Position numbers and translations under genes: made by a program. From positions 17,783 to 81,782 of the forward strand of contig CAYWEW010000001.1 of NCBI GenBank assembly GCA_964457775.1: a DNA stretch of 64,000 nt. Direction: 5' to 3'. The notes beneath the pieces are model-generated. The model was not told the origin of the DNA, did no database searches, and worked only from the letters and a program-made list of their open reading frames with translations. This DNA comes from an uncultured Candidatus Saccharibacteria bacterium (lineage in GTDB: Bacteria > Patescibacteriota > Minisyncoccia > Phycocordibacterales > UBA5272). This document shows, piece by piece, positions 60,665-64,000 of the stretch. How positions within the stretch are numbered: position 1 is the stretch's first letter; each line of letters opens with the position of its first letter.

Positions 60665-61021
60665 CTACTTACGAACAAAAAGGTAGGCAATACTCATACC
60701 AATAAACCCATTAATTAAATCTTTTATTGTATCTACCCAACCTCCCCAGTCTTGAGCAAACATTACGTCGTGTATATATTCATAAGCTTCCCATGTAACT
60801 GCGATCATGATGTAAGTCAAGTATAATTTCTTATATGAGACAGAATTTCCTTTATATGAAAGAATTGCCCCTGTAAGTGATGCAACTCCGAAACCTCCCA
60901 TAATATGCATCGGAATATCTAACCACCATAATTCATAATATAAATATGAAGGATCAAAAACGAATTTTGAAAGACAAAACAATATAATAAGATATGATGC
61001 TGAAATAATGATATGTTTCAT
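60665..61021 (-). CDS. Small membrane protein (DUF2238/VanZ-like)
   Basis: DIPMHIMGG, WEAYEY, DTIKDLING. Confidence 0.7.
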   Translation of the reverse strand: MKHIIISASYLIILFCLSKFVFDPSYLYYELWWLDIPMHIMGGFGVASLTGAILSYKGNSVSYKKLYLTYIMIAVTWEAYEYIHDVMFAQDWGGWVDTIKDLINGFIGMSIAYLFVRK

Positions 61022-61121
61022 AATTACAGTATATAGCGTTTAGTGTTTAGCGTATAGTGGGGGACATATTCATAAATTTGTTTTATAAAAACAAATGAGG
61101 TCAAGCAAATTATGCTCAACC

Positions 61122-61664
61122 TCATGTAATACGAAACTGTTTTGATTTTATTTTGTGAATCCATGATTCCACCCCTTTTGATGTGAGTAGAGTCCGATAA
61201 TGCCTTGTTCTCTTGGTCGTATGAAGGGCTATCTTTTTCTTTCTTGCGAAGCTACTCCACTTTTTCCTTTTCTGATTTGCTGTTAGAAAAACCCATTCCA
61301 AGTGAGAAGGATTGAAGCACAGAGTCCTTTTGCAAAGATGATCGATACTTAGCCCACAAGCAGAGTATGCAGCATACAACTCGAAAAAAGTTTCCTTATC
61401 CTGTTTGTTATAAAAATCAAAACCTGGACGAAGAATAAGTAACTCCTCTAGAACTTTTGCCACTCTATGTACTGGGAATTTAAGTGACCTCCCTTTGTAG
61501 GTTAAATTAATTCGCCCATAAGAACCATCCTCACCACGTGTGGAAACTGTTACTTTTTGGCAATAACCAGTCCAAAGAGCGCAGTCCCCTTCTCTTTTTG
61601 AATGAGTGCACAATCGATCTACTAAACTAATGTATTTTCCCAAAATTTTCCTTTCGTTAATCAA
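61122..61664 (-). CDS. HNH (His-Me finger, His-Cys box-like) endonuclease with basic C-terminal tail
   Basis: CALWTG, YGRI, VHRVA, IDHLCKRTLCFNPSHLEWV...N motifs; own promoter TTGCAC-17-TACCAT; TTG start. Confidence 0.85.
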   Translation of the reverse strand: MINERKILGKYISLVDRLCTHSKREGDCALWTGYCQKVTVSTRGEDGSYGRINLTYKGRSLKFPVHRVAKVLEELLILRPGFDFYNKQDKETFFELYAAYSACGLSIDHLCKRTLCFNPSHLEWVFLTANQKRKKWSSFARKKKIALHTTKRTRHYRTLLTSKGVESWIHKIKSKQFRIT

Positions 61665-61772
61665 GTTATAAAAACAACAATGTTAAAAGGATGGTAACAA
61701 AAACAGCCACTTTGTGCAATTAGAAATTAAACAAATTAAAAATCCCTTTATAAATAAAGAGATTTTTAATTT

Positions 61773-61895
61773 GGGAACTTGGGGCATCTTCCTGATGTTT
61801 TATGTCAGGTGGGTGGGAAACGAATAGGACCACGGTCCAGTTCTCAATATTCCATAACCCAAAGATGCATTATCCAGAAAAATACCTAAGTTCCC
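61773..61895 (-). ncRNA. Candidate rod-shaped ncRNA, unit 1
   Basis: Promoter TTTACT-16-TATAAT; 5' GGGAACUU pairs with 3' AAGUUCCC; terminator at 61733-61772. Confidence 0.65.
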
Positions 61896-61974
61896 TATCT
61901 AGTATTATATTCCTGCTATAAAAAAAGTAAAGGGAAAGAAAATATCCATGCTTAAGCATGGATATTTTCTTTAA

Positions 61975-62104
61975 TGGAGGTACTTCGTATCATGTATCTG
62001 TTCGATTGTCGATACGTGGGTAGAGAATCGTAGGTCCTCGAACTCGTACTAATATCTCATCACCCTTGATACTTGATTAGGCAGATACATATTCTTGAAG
62101 TACC
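61975..62104 (-). ncRNA. Candidate rod-shaped ncRNA, unit 2 (ends U-CCA)
   Basis: Promoter TTGCAA-16-TAGAAT; GGUACUUC/GAAGUACC-UCCA; AUGUAUCUG/CAGAUACAU inner stem; terminator at 61935-61972. Confidence 0.7.
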
Positions 62105-62195
62105 TATACTCATTCTATTCCCGCCGCAAAAAATTGCAATATCCCTCCAAGCGATTTTGCGGTGGATTAGGTGGATATGTAATTAGCATGTAACT

Positions 62196-62228
62196 TGTAG
62201 CGTGTAGCGTGTAGCGTGTAGCGTGTAG
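62196..62228. repeat. 7-bp tandem repeat (TGTAGCG)n
   Basis: TGTAGCG x4 plus TGTAG, between ncRNA units 2 and 3. Confidence 0.85.
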
Positions 62229-62281
62229 TAAAATTATAGAAAAGAAAATACCCGATGACACTCATCGGGTATTTTCTATAG

Positions 62282-62405
62282 TGGAGGTACTTACGATTAT
62301 TGTTTGTATTATAAGATATGAGAGAGACATGCGTCACGAACGACTATGCACTATCTGACATCCTATAATCCTTCGAAGGTAAACAAACAAATATATCAAA
62401 GCACC
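62282..62405 (-). ncRNA. Candidate rod-shaped ncRNA, unit 3 (ends U-CCA)
   Basis: Promoter TTGCAT-16-TATAAT; GGUGCUU/AAGUACC-UCCA; UUGUUUGU/ACAAACAA inner stem; terminator at 62243-62277. Confidence 0.7.
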
Positions 62406-62596
62406 TATGACCATTATAGCCCTCAAAAAAAACCATGCAAGTCTAAATTTTCATGTGGATTAGGTGGACAGTGGGGACAACAAATAGTTTAAAGTCTGTA
62501 AAGTCAAAAGTCCTTAAAGTGGTTAAAAATAGAAGCGAAACCTTTGGTTTCGCTTGTATTTTTACTTTCGACTTTATAGACTTTACGGACTTTTGA

Positions 62597-63208
62597 CTAT
62601 TCTAATATTCCATCCAAGTTCACGTCGTAAAGAATTTCATCTTGAACTAAACGGTAGTCCAAAATCTCATTTTCGTTAAACCAAATTGGAATTTCGTATG
62701 ATGCTTCCGCTGGATTATCTGTGCAGTGAATTAGGTTTCTTACTGCGCGACCATCAACATCACAAATATTATATGTATCTATTGTGAAGTCCCCTCTTAT
62801 TGTTCCAACATCTGATGTTGCTGGTTCAGTTCCACCAACCAACTTCTTCACTATAGCAACAGATGAGTTACCTTCAACAATAAATCCAACCACAGGCCCT
62901 GCTGTCATGTATTTTACTAGAGCACGAATAATATCTTTTCCGTATTCTATTGCCTCCTTTTCAACTGGAAGTCCTGCCTTTTTAAGATACTCTATGGTGT
63001 TTGACCCTTTCTTATTGAACCATACATCATCTTTATTATAATGCTTCCAACATTGATCTTCTGTTGGTATGAACATTTTGAGACCAATAATTTTGAGACC
63101 TGTTCTTTCAATTCTCTTAATTATTTCACCAACGAGTGAACGCTGAATTCCGTCAGGCTTAATCATTACATAGGTTCGTTCTTTTTTTGGATGTGTTGCT
63201 TGTGACAT
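62597..63208 (-). CDS. ndk: Nucleoside diphosphate kinase
   Basis: ERTYVMIKPDG, GTIRGDF, RNLIHCTD. Confidence 0.95.
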   Translation of the reverse strand: MSQATHPKKERTYVMIKPDGIQRSLVGEIIKRIERTGLKIIGLKMFIPTEDQCWKHYNKDDVWFNKKGSNTIEYLKKAGLPVEKEAIEYGKDIIRALVKYMTAGPVVGFIVEGNSSVAIVKKLVGGTEPATSDVGTIRGDFTIDTYNICDVDGRAVRNLIHCTDNPAEASYEIPIWFNENEILDYRLVQDEILYDVNLDGILE

Positions 63209-63335
63209 AAAATAGATAGTAGTTTGTATTCAGTAGAATGTAGCTAAATACAAATACTGAATACAAACAAAATTAAAAAACTAATAAATAATGTAGATTA
63301 TTCTAGCATAATTTAGCAACTTTTTCTAACAAACA

Positions 63336-63785
63336 CTAAGCTTGTGGTGGAGTAGGTGCTGTAGCAGATTGGGCATTCCCTTCTTGTGATAGTGGTTTAT
63401 TATTTACTTCATTGTTGACTGGGATACCAGCAATAGGTGATACATTTACAAACTGATTAGAGTTAGTTAGAGACTTTTTAAAGTCTGCTGAGTAAAAAAG
63501 TTTTATAAATATTTGGAGAGCTATATAATAAAAAAATATCAAAAAAAGTAAATACGATAAATAAATGAATTTATGGTAAAGCAAAGGGTATACAATTACA
63601 AAAACAAAAATTGATGGTGCTACAGAATTTAAAAGGTTTGAAAATGAGCTACATTGGTTTATGTCTATATTAATAAAAATTCCGGAACAAAAAATAATAT
63701 GATTTGAAAAATAGAATAATGAAACCATACCAACAACATACGTAGCAAAAAGTAAAAATTTATTAAGAACGGTAGAGGTAGTCAT
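63336..63785 (-). CDS. Hypothetical membrane protein with PTPPQA tail
   Basis: Several TM segments and a polar C-terminal tail. Confidence 0.65.
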   Translation of the reverse strand: MTTSTVLNKFLLFATYVVGMVSLFYFSNHIIFCSGIFINIDINQCSSFSNLLNSVAPSIFVFVIVYPLLYHKFIYLSYLLFLIFFYYIALQIFIKLFYSADFKKSLTNSNQFVNVSPIAGIPVNNEVNNKPLSQEGNAQSATAPTPPQA

Positions 63786-63886
63786 AAATTAAGTATATCT
63801 ATTTATAAACTAAAAACAAATCACATGCGTGATTTGTTTTTAAACATATTTAATTCTTACTAAGAATTAAATAAAAATAACAAAAA

Positions 63887-64000
63887 CTAAGCTTGTGGTG
63901 GAGTGGGTACTGCTGTGAGCTGTGAATTATTTTCTTGTGGTGCAGAATTGTTAACTACTTCGTTATTGACTGGGATACTTGCCACAGATGAAACATTTTC
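63887..64000 (-). CDS. Partial paralog of 63336..63785 (C-terminal 37 aa)
   Basis: Manual translation ENVSSVASIPVNNEVVNNSAPQENNSQLTAVPTPPQA* matches the neighbour's tail. Confidence 0.7.
   Translation of the reverse strand, partial: ENVSSVASIPVNNEVVNNSAPQENNSQLTAVPTPPQA

Noticed and set aside
61122-61664. IscB/Cas9/HEARO assignment for the HNH protein
   Set aside because: It is only 180 aa with no PLMP or RuvC motifs; it resembles stand-alone His-Cys/HNH nucleases.
61773-62405. SRP RNA, 5S rRNA or true tRNA identity for the array RNAs
   Set aside because: No SRP helix-8 GNRA/AGCAG motif, no 5S conserved motifs and no cloverleaf were seen.
61733-62470. CRISPR array interpretation of the three repeated units
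   Set aside because: There are no identical direct repeats with unique spacers, each unit has its own promoter and terminator, and no cas genes are in the window.
1-64000. Alternative genetic code (UGA=Gly, as in Gracilibacteria/Absconditabacteria)
   Set aside because: Conserved genes translate full length under the standard bacterial code, and TGA ends ORFs such as 1545..1979 and 54903..55562.

Overview
AT-rich bacterial chromosome segment whose gene content points to a Patescibacteria/CPR (Parcubacteria-like) genome. This placement is inference from the compact housekeeping genes, no rpmD, a solitary VirD4/TraG-like ATPase and many Cys/Thr-rich surface proteins. The window holds the tuf-S10-spc-secY-adk-map ribosomal cluster on the minus strand, broken into pieces by accessory genes. 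It also carries polA, a holA-like gene, tsaE, mutM, nrdR, cmk, secDF, recG, ftsH, smpB-ssrA, infC-rpmI-rplT, a beta-CASP hydrolase, ndk, tRNA-Lys(UUU) and a rare tRNA-Ile(UAU). The most interesting signals are non-coding. (1) Three paralogous ~125-nt rod-shaped RNAs form a tandem array, each with its own promoter and terminator; two end in a tRNA-like stem + U-CCA, and the array lies directly upstream of an HNH endonuclease gene (61.1-62.5 kb). (2) A structured element follows each of the three tRNA-like genes and carries an antisense copy and a direct repeat of that RNA's own 3' end. (3) Four copies of a covarying ~105-130-bp palindromic element are docked on stop codons or on the ssrA 5' end. 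(4) A class of orphan genes has a promoter-boxA-like-SD-ORF-terminator layout, in a genome whose core genes mostly lack SD sequences. No CRISPR array, rRNA or transposase was seen. All calls come from reading the sequence by eye; no database searches were run.
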